NCBI GenBank assembly: GCA_026023565.1
Contig: JAPETS010000067.1
Span: 1 to 64,000 of the forward strand
Length of the DNA stretch: 64,000 nt
Direction of reading: 5' to 3'
Origin: Cirrosporium novae-zelandiae
Taxonomy: Eukaryota
This document shows positions 50,508-62,845 of this stretch, in pieces (position 1 is the stretch's first letter; each line of letters begins with the position of its first letter). Both the position numbers and the translations under genes were made by a program. The notes beneath the pieces are model-generated. The model was not told the origin of the DNA. It searched no databases and saw nothing but the letters and a program-made list of their open reading frames with translations.

Positions 50508-52681
50508 TTACCTTCTTCTGGCTCTCGATGCTCTCGCTCCCTGCGCGACTACTCCATTTCCACCATTTCGTGACATGGTACACACCGGTTTTCTATCTTC
50601 CGAAGTCATAGACGCAAGAGCCTGACAAACTATTAGACAAGTACAGGAGGGTTAATATGAACAAACTTACAAAAGAGTCGGTGTTATGAGCGAAGTATAG
50701 ATAGACCCCGTCTCTGGTTTTCTTAACAGCCATAACGCCAAGTGCCCCAACACAGTAGCTATGCCTGACACCAGGGTGACCTAAAGTCCAGTTAGAAAGG
50801 TCAATAATGTTAAAAAATTGGAGTAAATGAGCTACCCATGAAGTCCCTTTCGATCATCGCTCGTATAGCTTCATCTTCGGTAACTTCTTCGAAACCACCA
50901 CCCCTCATTTTCCTTGTGCAATAATAGACTCGCTCAGCGCACGTATTTGCAGCCATAGTCGTCGCCATGTGCTCACCAGTCCCACTCGTAACTACAGCAA
51001 CAGATGTTTTTAAAGGATCTTCGGGATCCATGGGGAATACAGCCGTGCCTATACCGACAAGGGCGGCAGGCCCAGTTCGACCGGAATGTTTCATTCCAAT
51101 TCCTCCTGAAGAGGACCCAGCTGCGATGTTTCCATAGCAATCGATAGCTATAGCTCCCACGGTATCTGTGATGAGATCCTCGACCTCGGATTTTAGATCA
51201 ACAAAGGGAGAATTCGGAGGAACAGAAGGAACACTTGTAATGGGTTGGGGGCTTAGTTGAATTGTTGTAGGTGTTTCACTAGTCCCTTCAGGTAAATGTG
51301 ATGCAGGATCAGTCTCGGAAACCCCAGTCCCCGACACGAACGGTGTCACTGATGGAGAACTCGATGGAGGGGTTGACAAATGCGATGGCACGGAGCTCGT
51401 TTTAGGCATGGGAGAAGTCTCTGTTAAGAATTTCTGCCGCTGCCCGCTGTAGAATCCGGAATCGTTATCAAAATCTTTTCCATCCCACTGACATCCCCTA
51501 TCTTCATTGATGTTTTGCAGCCAGTGTGTTTGGTGGTCATCGATGGTCGAGGACCTACGAGGGCTACTTCCATCCGACATACCCCCATTCATATCCTGCA
51601 GTCTGCCCTTCAATGCTTCCATATCTGGGGACGTTCTCGCGTTGCTAGAACGATCGTTGTTACCACTTGGAGACCCTCGAGGGGTGTCCGCTGCCGACTG
51701 CATCAGTTGCCTTGCTGTTGGGGATAGTAGAGTTGGTTCTATAGTTCTTGTCTGGGTCAAAATTGACGCCTGTGGTGAGTAACTATTCGATGTGAGAGCG
51801 CCCCGGATCATCTCAAACTGAGATGGTGGCTTTTCAGAGGCCCAGCTTCTTTGGGATACCGGTGTCAATGGTTCATCAACGCGCATCGGTTCACCGTAAT
51901 TGCTAAACTGTTGCTCTTGCTCGGACGCAGCTTGGAGGTCAGCATTCCATTTGATCCATCGCTCCCTTGAAATATTTGAAACAAGGAAGTCTCGAGGCAG
52001 GACAGGAATTCCGTGTTGATAGGCGTATTCAATCGCCCCTTGACCAACGATCAGATTTGGAGGTACTCGACGGAGAGACAGAGGCTTCGTAGATCCTTCC
52101 AGGATCAATTTAGCAAGAGAGATCGGATTTTTTATTTCTAGAAGAAGCCAAAGTAAGCAAAAGCTCAAGGAATGCAACGCATCCATAAAATTGACTTACG
52201 TTGTACAGCCCCTACTGCACCACTTCTCCCGAGATGATCAACTATAGTAGCATCACATTCAACATTTCCGTCCATTGAAAGATTGCTGCCATATCCGGCA
52301 TTCGTGATTTCGCGATCTTCAAGCAGTCTTATTGCCATCTCAACGGCCTCAACAGCACTACCACCATTCTTAAGTATTGTCATTGCCACTTTGGCGGCAC
52401 TGTAAATTTCATTAGTATAGACTAACCCCTAAATGTCTCAACAAGAGACTATGTCGGAATGAACATGGCAGTCTGTCTAAGAGTACAGCATTCGCTCTAG
52501 AGTAGGTGATGAAGTGCAGCAAAGGATTGCGAAATGGGACAAAAGGTGCAGGTAATACTTACTCATTGCAAGCCAGGAGATGTGTTTTCTCATTTTGAAA
52601 GCTGTGGAATCCCGCCCCAGCATGTACGAAAATAGCAGAGATGTCTCCGCCATCTCGGTTATGAATTCTCCTTGGAGCCAT
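50508..52681 (-). CDS. Threonine aspartase 1 (taspase-1)-like Ntn-hydrolase, type-2 asparaginase family
   Basis: Exons encode IFVHAGAGFHS, AVEMAIRLLED..ITNAGYGSNL..DG.VECDA, IKNPISLAK, PP..IVGQGA, D/TVGAIAID..GNIAAGSSSGGIGMKHSGRTGPAA, TSGTGE and YFAHNTDSF. Confidence 0.88.
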
Positions 52682-53800
52682 GGTTTTAATAATATTGGTT
52701 GTTGCCTGCAGACGTCCTGACTTGTTTGATATGAAGGGGACGCTTGAAATTCACTGGGCCGAACAGACAATGAGAAAGGATTCTTGAACTTTCAGGTTAT
52801 CAGAGATTGCTCACACTCCAATGAGTGGGACTGTAGAAAAAGGAATGTCAGCGTCATGAACAGTAAGGAACGGGCGTATTGGACATGATGGTGAAACATT
52901 CGAATCAGTTTAACACTCACTCATCATTAGTACCAATAGGTATAAAGAAGCACGTACAATAACGATCGAAAGACTACCTCGAGGTTATACAACCTGAGCG
53001 AAGGTTCAGTCAAAGAGAAAGGTAAACTAGTAAAGGTTTGAGAGGAAGTTGAATGGTGCAGTATCGGAGTAATGGTGAGATTTAATAGGTGGATGAGAGA
53101 AATATTGTTGAAGAATGTAATTAATTATAGGACCTCTAAGGAGAATTGTGTACGGTTCACGATGATATGAGTAAACCTGACATCAAAACTGGAGATTCTT
53201 TACTTGGGAAAGAAGGCTAGAAATAACTCAGACGCTTCTCAAGATTAGCATTGCGAAAGCCATGTTTTCTGTCTGCTTTGAGCAGGAAGTTTGAATAGTA
53301 GGTAGATATAAGAATCTACTGGAGAAGGTGCAGCAGAGGAAACATATATTCATTCCCAAGACGTGGAGATGGGCATATCGTACATAATTTACCAAATTAT
53401 CCGGGTTCCAACCCAAGCACATAGCTTCCATACTTATTATCTGTAGTCATTTGCAATCATAGAAGAGCGAAAGAATTCATCATCGTCCCCAAGTCAAATA
53501 CAGATTTCGGACGATAATAGGTCCCACTGTTCGTTCCCATAGGGCTGACGGCGATTGGGTGCTACCGAGTACTGTTGACCTCTCACTTCCTATTGGTTGT
53601 ATCTACACTGGCAACGGGACTTTCCCACCATCTCAAGGCTCATCAGTCTCACAAACAGAACCGATTGTGAGCTTCCTAAAAGCTGGCCAAGCCAGCATTG
53701 TGAATTCCCTCTATCAACCCAGACAATATTGAACCAGTTCAAATCAATATAAGTTTGAAGAGCGGACCAAGTTCTGCCAAGTAAAGCAGAACTCTACAAC

Positions 53801-55351
53801 ATGGCTTCACAAACGCCAGCCGTTGTCATGGACAAGTATGTATCCTACCAATCGACTCCATGAACTCGCAACAACGACTGATATAATTTCTTCTCCAGCG
53901 GCACTGGGTTCTCTAAACTTGGTATGCATTCACCTCCAAGGAAAATACAGCAAACACCTCACTTATCACTTCAATAGGATTTGCCGGCAATGATTCTCCT
54001 TCCTTCGTCTTCCCAACTGCAATAGCTACGAAATCTGGTGCTGGAGGAAGCGGTGGTACTGGGTCTGGCCGACCGGCTGTTGCAAACAAGCCTTCGTTCC
54101 TTACTGGTGGTGCTGGTCCTGGCAGCCACCTATCTGCGAAGAGAGGAACTGAAGATCTGGACTTCTACATAGGAGATGAGGCTTTGGCTGCAGCGAATGG
54201 CCCTGGTATAGCTCTCGGATACATTACGTTGTGGGAGAATTCAGAATACTGACCAGGAGTAGGATATGGAATTAATTACCCTGTGCGACATGGTCAGGTA
54301 GAGAATTGGGTAGGCAACCGCACTTACATTACAAAAAATTCCTAATGTCCTAATTCATTGGCAGGATCAAATGGAACGTTTTTGGTCGAACTCAATATTC
54401 AAATATCTTCGAGTTGAGCCAGAAGACCATTATTTCCTCCTCACCGAACCGCCACTCAATCCCCCCGAGAATCGTGAGAACACTGCCGAAATTATGTTTG
54501 AATCGTTCAATTGCGCCGGCCTTTACATCGCCGTTCAAGCCGTTCTAGCCCTTGCGGCTTCGTGGACCTCGTCTAAAGTCACCGACCGATCCCTGACTGG
54601 CACAGTTATTGACTCTGGAGATGGTGTTACCCACATTATCCCTGTGGCCGAAGGCTACGTAATCGGGTCCTCCATTAAAAGCATTCCCATCGCCGGCCGA
54701 GACATCACATACTTTGTTCAAAGCCTTCTCCGCGACCGCGGTGAACCTGACAGTAGTCTCAAAACTGCCGAGCGTGTGAAGGAAGAATATTGCTATGTAT
54801 GTCCCGATATTGTTAAGGAATTCTCACGCTATGACCGTGAGCCAGACCGCTTTCTTAAGCACACTGTCACTCATCCCAACGGTCGGCAAGTCACAGTTGA
54901 TGTTGGTTATGAACGGTTCTTGGCACCTGAGATATTCTTCAATCCGGAAATCTACTCCTCTGACTTCCTAACTCCACTTCCCACGGTTGTTGACGGGGTG
55001 ATCCAATCATCTCCCATCGATGTCCGCCGAGGACTCTACAAGAACATTGTTCTCTCTGGTGGTTCTACCCTTTACAAAGATTTTGGCAGACGTCTTCAGC
55101 GTGATATCCGTCATCTCGTCGATGCTCGAATTCGCGCCTCTGAAGCACGTAGTGGAGGTGCAAAGAGCGGAGGTTTGGAGGTACAGGTTGTCACGCATAA
55201 GAGACAAAGACACGGACCATGGTTTGGAGGAAGCTTGTTAGGTCAGACACCGGAGTTTAGAAGTTACTGCCATACGAAGAAGGAGTATGATGAAATTGGG
55301 CCGAGTATCGTGAGGAGATTTGCGCTGTTGGGTGGGCCAGGGGGGTCATAA
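53801..55351 (+). CDS. ARP3: Actin-related protein 3 (Arp2/3 complex)
   Basis: Five exons. [83 protein letters not shown]. Confidence 0.97.
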
Positions 55352-55925
55352 GCCGTATCAGTAGAGTATATGAGATGCAGAAGATAGCCCAGTTGTGGAC
55401 GAACTACAGGATTGACAATAGAATAGCCATACTGAATTCAAGAAAGAAGGGTAGGGAAAATGAGATGCATTGCTCGAGTAAGAGAGATTGAATTTAGAGT
55501 AAATATCAAAATACTAGGTCACAGCATAAAGACCACCCAGAGAAGGAAATGCTATCAAAATAACCGCCGGAAATACTTTGAAGAGTGATTTCCTTTGCAG
55601 AGTAGACGGTACGTTATTGTGACTATGCACGCTCATCGAGATACGGAAACAACACTCTCGGGTACTTTATCAATAATATCCTCTGATATAGATCCTACCA
55701 GGCCCCCCGAATCTATGGATCTACCTCGGGTAATTGGCCCCTTGGACAAGCACTACAGCAAGTAATCACAAGCACCTAAAAGTACTGTACATATATGCAT
55801 AATATGCATACCTACAGAACAAGGTATTATCCGGAGCTATACTGATTCCTCCTAAATAACCCTCCAAGTTAAGCTCAAATTCAAGCCTTATATATTTTAT
55901 TTTTTTAACCATGGTTGGGGGGATC

Positions 55926-56381
55926 CTAATAAACTCTGGGGGTACCGTCATAGGAAGGCCCCAAAAACGAGGCACTCGGATCTTTTGCGATTCCATCCTT
56001 TAAGCCGTGTGTCTTCGCCATCGGGTAGTTAAATGATGCATCTTGAATAACGGCATCCTTTGAAGAGGGCGCCACCACCTCGAATTTCCCGCGTTGACGT
56101 CCCGTTGTGTATTCATGTTCTATATAATCAGGCAACCCTACTTTTTCAAAATCCTTGTTTCGATTTCCACAAGTTCAGAAGCAATAAGTGATCAAAATGG
56201 GATCGACATATTTATCCCGATAAGGGTGTCGGGCTGTACCTGTCCCAGGAGGGTTAATCTCGATGCGCATCGCTTGACTTGATGAGAGGTTGCGCGGTGC
56301 AACCGAAACGGTCGTGCATGAAGAAATCGATATTATTTCCGAACTTAGAGCCCTGGGGCTGATGGGTGCCACTGATACCAC
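55926..56381 (-). pseudogene. Possible orphan gene relic
   Basis: ORFs 56175-56381 and 55926-56135 lie in the same frame and are separated by a single TGA plus 13 sense codons. No family recognised. Confidence 0.25.
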
Positions 56382-56482
56382 TGATCCAGCACTTAGAACC
56401 GGAGCCCCCCAATTTAAGACAAGCGACGGAAACGGGTGGTCCCAAAAATGGTGCTTTACGGCCTTCTTGCGACCTTGTGATC

Positions 56483-58270
56483 TTATGGGTTTTCGACATT
56501 GTTGTTGTTCTCGTCCCGATTCAAGACAGCTACACTTTCCACATGTCCCGTCTGGGGGAAGAAATCAAACCCCTGTAGACTTTCGATGCTGTATTTGCAT
56601 TTCTCATTCCCTACAATCAGATACCCAACATCCCTGGCCTGCGTATGTACATTACAGCTCACGTAAACCAGTCTCTTAGGACCATAGTCCAATAACTGCC
56701 TGAGGAAATTCTCGTCGCAGCCTTTGCGGGGTGGATCGATGACCATTAGGGTTTCGGAAGGGGGATATTGGACGTCAGCAAAGAGGGCGGCAGCATCCGC
56801 AGCGATGAATTTAGCGTTCGGAACGGAGTTTGCGGTGGCATTGGTGCGCGCAGAGATGATAGAGCTCTCTGCTATATCGATGCCGCTAGATGAGGTGAAA
56901 AGGGAGGAGAGAGTAATAGTGAAGAGGCCAGAACCGCAATAGGCGTCTATGAGATTTTTGATAGGTCGGGAAGGGGAAGCTGACGTCTCCGATGATGGTT
57001 GAGAAGGCGGAAGGGGACAGTGATTGCGAATATAGGATGTAAAGAGTGGAAGGATGGAGTTATTATTTTGGAAGAAGGAGCCCGCAGGGTTAGTGAAAGA
57101 GAAGTTGTCAATGTATTCAGTGGTGGTGCCATTGGGGTTGGTGATACAAGTACTTTCCTCAATGTATGTCGGGAAGTCTCGGCGAATGACGGATTCTTCG
57201 CTAGTATTTACCTCCTCAAATTCTCTTGTAGTACCATATATATTATTCTCATCTGGGTTCTTAGGGATTCGACGAGTGCTTTCTCGTAGTAAGAGGGTTG
57301 CTCCTCGCTTGTAGGTATTCAGCTCTCTAGCAACTCGTTTTCTCTCGTTTTTCATGCCCATTCTCACAGCATCCGTGCCGATTGGGCAATCTTCTATATC
57401 CATTGTAGTTCTCCGACCTTTCATCATGAAGCCAATTGAAGGAACTTCCTTGAATACAGGTCCTTCGGCGCTTCTTTTAGCCCTCCTTCCCCCAGGTGGG
57501 CCGTCGAAGTGAGGTGTCAATTTCGTTCGATATTCATACTGCTTAGGTGAACCGATCGTATCTGCTACAGCAGGAACTAAGCTCGGGTCGAGATTCGAAA
57601 AATTGCGATAGGCTTCCTCGATAATATGTTTCTTATGCTTCAATTGCTCTTCATACGATAGCATTTGGAACTGACAGCCGGAGCATCTGGAAAAATACTG
57701 GCACTTAACTCGAGAGTCATCGCGGAGTGGTGAGGGTTCAATGATTTTCACGAAATCTGTCAAGGTGTAAGCATCTATAGGAAAGTGTGTGACCACTTTC
57801 GCAAGCACTTTGTCTCCAGGTGCAGTAAATGGAACAACGTAAACATGATCTTTTGCTTTGGTAAAGCCAAGTCCATCACCAGTTGAGGAAAGTCTTTCAA
57901 TCTGCAGCGTTATCTCCGAAAAGCGTTCTGGAAGATCATTTTTGATGGATTGTTTCATGCTATTGTCGGCACTGTCGGGAATTTCATTTCCCTCATGTTC
58001 TATTAAATTTGAAGGCGATCGTTGCTGAGAAAGGATCTTCTGGACATCTTTGAGCAGGACTTCTTGTGTGCTACCTTCACTCCAACCATTCTGGCCCTGT
58101 TTGGCTTTTTGCTTCTTATGTTGTCCAGGGCCTTGATTAAATCGTCGTTTTGGTCTGGCCATTGTGAAGGATTGTTGATAGATATTTCTTGTGAAGAGTT
58201 TCAGAAAACACTTGGGGGATCTGAAGGTCCGATAAAGACCTTCACCAATAGTTGTAGAGGGAAAAAGCAT
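56483..58270 (-). CDS. TRM2: tRNA (uracil-54-C5)-methyltransferase
   Basis: TRAM domain (LSSTGDGLG...VVPFTAPGD), CQYFSRCSGCQFQ, YRTKLTPHF, FFQNN, DAYCGSGLF, IDPPRKGCD, YVSCNVHTQARD, DFFPQTGHVESVA. Confidence 0.95.
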   Translation of the reverse strand: MLFPSTTIGEGLYRTFRSPKCFLKLFTRNIYQQSFTMARPKRRFNQGPGQHKKQKAKQGQNGWSEGSTQEVLLKDVQKILSQQRSPSNLIEHEGNEIPDSADNSMKQSIKNDLPERFSEITLQIERLSSTGDGLGFTKAKDHVYVVPFTAPGDKVLAKVVTHFPIDAYTLTDFVKIIEPSPLRDDSRVKCQYFSRCSGCQFQMLSYEEQLKHKKHIIEEAYRNFSNLDPSLVPAVADTIGSPKQYEYRTKLTPHFDGPPGGRRAKRSAEGPVFKEVPSIGFMMKGRRTTMDIEDCPIGTDAVRMGMKNERKRVARELNTYKRGATLLLRESTRRIPKNPDENNIYGTTREFEEVNTSEESVIRRDFPTYIEESTCITNPNGTTTEYIDNFSFTNPAGSFFQNNNSILPLFTSYIRNHCPLPPSQPSSETSASPSRPIKNLIDAYCGSGLFTITLSSLFTSSSGIDIAESSIISARTNATANSVPNAKFIAADAAALFADVQYPPSETLMVIDPPRKGCDENFLRQLLDYGPKRLVYVSCNVHTQARDVGYLIVGNEKCKYSIESLQGFDFFPQTGHVESVAVLNRDENNNNVENP

Positions 58271-58487
58271 TGGAAATCATCAATTGTGGGAAGCTTGGCA
58301 TGGTTAGTTACAATCATCGAGACTTCAAGCGTGAACTTGAAGAAAAAAAAGTTCAAAAAGGTTTAGGTCCGAATTTAGCGAAGTTCTAAGTTAATCTCCA
58401 TTTCCCCAAACTTGACCTTTCCAACTTTTAGTATTCTCAAATCGCCGACGGCGTAGTCAAGGACGCTGTCGAGGTTTTCACTTCATA

Positions 58488-59719
58488 ATGAGGTCGTCGA
58501 AAGCGGCAAGATGCCTCTTTTGCCAATTCTCTCGCCCCTTGCGGGTGGGCAGCCGCCAGTTTCACTCCTCTCCCTCCAACGCTGCTCGTCGCAGAGTCAA
58601 AGCTATCAACATCAAAGCTTCTGACATGGGCATTGTTGCCTCTGCAAAAAATTACCCAGCATATAGCTCCGAAGAGAAGCGTGCCCTTCCTAAGAAATAC
58701 ACTCCTGCTCAGTTAGCAGCCATTGAAGCCGGCGAAGCCGCTATCGACCCCGACGATATAGCTACACAGGGCACGTTCCGAGGCGACAATTTTGCCCTTG
58801 ATTACCTCGACGACCTTACGAAAATTGATCCTGTTATAGACAAACAATCCCGAGCACCCGAAACTAACCATGATCCCAATTGGCGTTTCAAAACGGGGGA
58901 TGAACTCACTAGGGATGTGGCTAAGTTCTACGCAGATTTCCCGGAGCACGGTGGCGACAGAGCCCTCCAGACAAAGTTTCTGGATAATTTGAGGTTTACC
59001 GTTGGGAAGGAGGAGTCGGAACTTAACCCTCCTAGTTATGAAGCACCTGAGTTACCAAAGTTTGCAGATCTGAAGAATCTCAAAATCACCGATGACTCGG
59101 ACGACCTTTATAATAGCCCTATGATGAAAAGATTAATGAAAGAAATGGGCTTCGATGAACGATTCGTAAAGAGTCTTAGGATTACAAAATTGGTCATGAA
59201 AAATGTTAGCAATCAGACTCATATGGGCAAGATTCATCGGCAAGTTTGCATAAGCGTGGCAGGAAATCAGAAAGGTCTTTTAGGTATTGGAGAGGGGAAA
59301 GGCATTGAAGCCGAAGATGCGATTAGACAATCTGTTTTGAGATCCATCAGGAACATGAAGCCGATCCATCGTTACGAGAATCGGACAATCTATGGAGATG
59401 TTGAAGGCAAAGTCGGAGCTGTTGAGCTGAAGCTCATGAACAGACCCCCTGGTATGAAATTGACAAATAGTCTTTGACTGGATATCGCTAATGCTTATTA
59501 GGGTTTGGTCTCCGATGCCAACGATATATCTTCGAGATGTGTCGGTGCGCTGGTATCTCCGATTTAGCAGCTCGCATTACAAGGTCCCGAAACCCTATGA
59601 ATATAATCAAGGCTACATTTGAAGCTCTTACGAGTCAGCGGCTTCCCGAGGACATTGCTAGGGCTCGAGGCTACAAGCTTGTGGATGTAAGGAAGGTGTA
59701 TTATGATGGTAATCTCTAA
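58488..59719 (+). CDS. MRPS5: Mitochondrial ribosomal protein uS5m
   Basis: Arg/Ser-rich presequence, YTPAQLAAIEAGE, S5 domains (VSNQTHMGK...VAGNQKGLLGIGEGK...PIHRYENRTIYGDV...RPP/GFGLR...CAGISDLAA...RSRNPMN). Intron 59452-59501. Confidence 0.93.
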
Positions 59720-62664
59720 GCCATTCTGTAAGAATTATTTTGTCTTTGTGAAAATATCCATATACTTTTATCAACAAATTGATAGGGGATATTTTCCGTT
59801 TTGATGAGTCGTCATTCTAGCTCATATTTATATGTGCGAGTGTGGATTAACCGACGGGGCTAGTGCCCCTCCACTCCTCAGGCGCAATTCATGGTCAGTG
59901 GTTGAGACCTTCAGTATCCACCCGTATCCTTCTCAGGGAACTAGGCCTCTAACATCGGCATATTTCTCACAAGTCGGAGACCGAAGGCGGGGAGCAGGAT
60001 TCATCATGACTAGCATCTTGTAAATGTCCGAAGGTGCCATTGGCATGCCAGGGCGGCCATCAAGTAGGATGAAAGGATCCAAGTTTGAATTTTGGGCCAC
60101 GCGTTTGTCATTTATCCCCAAGACTAGAGGCTGACTAGATGTTTCTTCGGCGTAAATTTGTAGCTGTAGAATTTTTCTCGATGCTGCCAATACTGCAAAC
60201 ACCCGATTCTCTCCCTGCTTTGCCACCTTCCAACTTTGTAGATCCAGAAGGTCATTTACTAGAACCTTATTTCAACTCCATATTTTTTGCTCCTCTTTTT
60301 TAGCCCATTCGTTTCCCTCTTTCTCATTCTCTAACATATCAGTAATTCTAGTATCAGTCAGAGTCATCATTTCTACTAAAGGATTTGATTTCTTCCTTCA
60401 AATGGCCCAGATGCGCATAATTTTACCCGTTCTTTCACATGAAGGATCAAAGATAGGTACAAAATCTGCAAGTGTACGTGCTCCGTCTACTCAGCTCGCG
60501 CCAACTTCCGAAGATCTCATCCTCACACAAAGCATTCAAATCTGAAACACGCTGGTGAAGAGCTTAAACTGACGGATAGTTCCAGGCCCAGTAAATCTTT
60601 ATATACTGAATACCTCGTGTCAGCCCCGAAGGAAGTACATGTCTATGTACCCGGGGATTTTCGATGCATGATGAGGCCATCAGAAGAACCATAGAAAACC
60701 TCCCCTCATACTTTATTACGCACTGACTTTTCGTCACGACGATTAATCGAATCGCATACAGAGTATACGCAATGCACATGCCAGCGCTTACTATCAGCTT
60801 CATCAGCTTGGCATTCTTGGCTGCAAGTAACTCAGTTCCACCAAATGCGCATTTAATTTAAACTTGAAAGCCTTCATGGGAAACTTGTGCTCGCTCGTGG
60901 TCAGAAACGCTTAGAATAATCCATATATGATACAGAGCCTTTCTAACAATAGGACATACTTGGAACCCTGGGGTATTCGGAATCGGTACCACGGATCGGC
61001 CGTCTGCATGCAGATGGATGCAAGCCGGCAGCGTAATCCAGCAAAATCTGACTGTTGTGGAACAGTACCACGATGCGGACTCGATGATTATCGTCAACAA
61101 CTTAAGATTTATCGTGAGAATGGCCAAGCCAATTAAGTTTGAATTTTCCCTCTATCTCCCCACCGACAGTCATTTTCTTTTTTTTTCCCTTTCCCCTCCG
61201 TAGATCTTTGTACAGTCTCAAATATCAAGCGGACCTAGGATCGATGATCGATAGAAAGGATTGATTTCTTCTAGATATCGGGGAGACGATTGAGACCAGA
61301 ATGGCTATGCACTTTACCTCTTATGGTATCCGCGCACAACATCCCAGAGACACTTTACCCACATAGGAAAGTAGTCAATAGTGATGGACTTGTATTGGTT
61401 GTACTTTTTCTCAGCCGCCGAAATTTCACGTTGAAACAAAGCTCGCCCCGAGGATCGTGCCGGTATGCCATTTTGAAGGCCGACTAGAGGGATGATCAGC
61501 ATTGAATCCTCCGAACTCAAAGCCGACGGGCGCAAGACTTTGGAGGCTACATGAACTACACCAGAAAAAAAAGACCTCAATACTGGGAAGTTGATCTCAA
61601 CGCCTTTTTAAAGATGACTTAAGTCGTGGCTGGTTCTTAAACGCGTAATCTATGTCGTATTTGCGCATTTGCGCGTGGCTCTTCACCGCGAAAAGCTGCT
61701 GAGTTTGAGTTTCCCAACGGTAACCGGTCAAGGCATGTCATTCAGGCTCGATGGATGTCAAATTGTCAAATTGTCAATGTTGATGGGAATAATAATGTCA
61801 ATAGCTCGAGCCACTAGGTAATCTGACATGGAACATTAGATAGACTTCCGGCGACCCCTTTTCTGCACTGTGCACCTGTGCACGCATTAGAAAGCCCGGC
61901 AACCGAAAGCCAGACCCTCAAAGATTAAAGTCTTAGCTTATTAAGACTTGATTAAATGATTAACCAGCTATGCTTGTTTCGAGCCTTTTTGAGTCAGAAG
62001 AACCAACTCAATTTTGTTCTTGCCCCATCACCCAATTTTCCGGCCCAGAAATTTACGAGTTAAGCAACGAGGCTGGCGGCGCTATCACGAACCATGACTA
62101 GGAAAAGCTCATTGTCGGAACAATAATGGATTCGTGATATAGGCAATAAGCTAAGCTTAATATTTGCAGTAAGTAGAATAGCAGGAGAGTAGGAGTAATT
62201 AGCCATATTGTTTTGGTGATATTCACAGTTGGAAAAAAGTCTAATGATGCTAATACTAATACTGTAATTTTACAAAGTCGGTCCACGGTGTTGCTGGTTG
62301 CTATTTGGTGCTACTGCTGCTGCAAGTTGCAACCATGCAGGAGCTCGGTCCCCGTCCGTCTTGGCCCTCTGGGAAGTTCCTCGTTGACAATTGATATCAA
62401 TTTCTAGCGAAGACCGGTAGTTGACAATATTGGATGATTTTGCCAGTCAAGGAAACGGGCGCAAGCAGGAAAGGTTAACATGTTTCCCGGCTGGATCAAC
62501 CGGTCATAGCCGATTACCAAAATCAGCACACAGCTGTTGTACCCCCGGACCCTTCTCCTATTTTTCTCATGATTTATTGGTTGTAGGAACAAGGTGTGGA
62601 CTTTCTCCAGCCAGCCTCAAAAGATTATGAATCGAACGTAATGTGGACAAAGCTGAAGAAAGGC

Positions 62665-62710
62665 ATATATAGATATAGAGATATATATATATATATGTAA
62701 ATATATATAG
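62665..62710. repeat. (TA)n/(GATATA)n microsatellite
   Basis: atatatagatatagagatatatatatatatatgtaaatatatatag. Confidence 0.85.
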
Positions 62711-62774
62711 ACAATTGATAAGAGATGTAGCTATTGGTTGTAGATTGTAGGGGGTTGTGTTTTCAACAAAAAGG

Positions 62775-62845
62775 TTAGTTTTGGTGTTTTGGTGTTTTTC
62801 TTTGTTTTTCTTTGTTTTTCTTTGTTTTTTTATTTTGTTTTTTAA
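62775..62845. repeat. T-rich tandem repeat (TTTGTTTTTC)n / (TTTTGGTG)n
   Basis: ttttggtgttttggtgtttttctttgtttttctttgtttttctttgtttttt. Confidence 0.8.
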
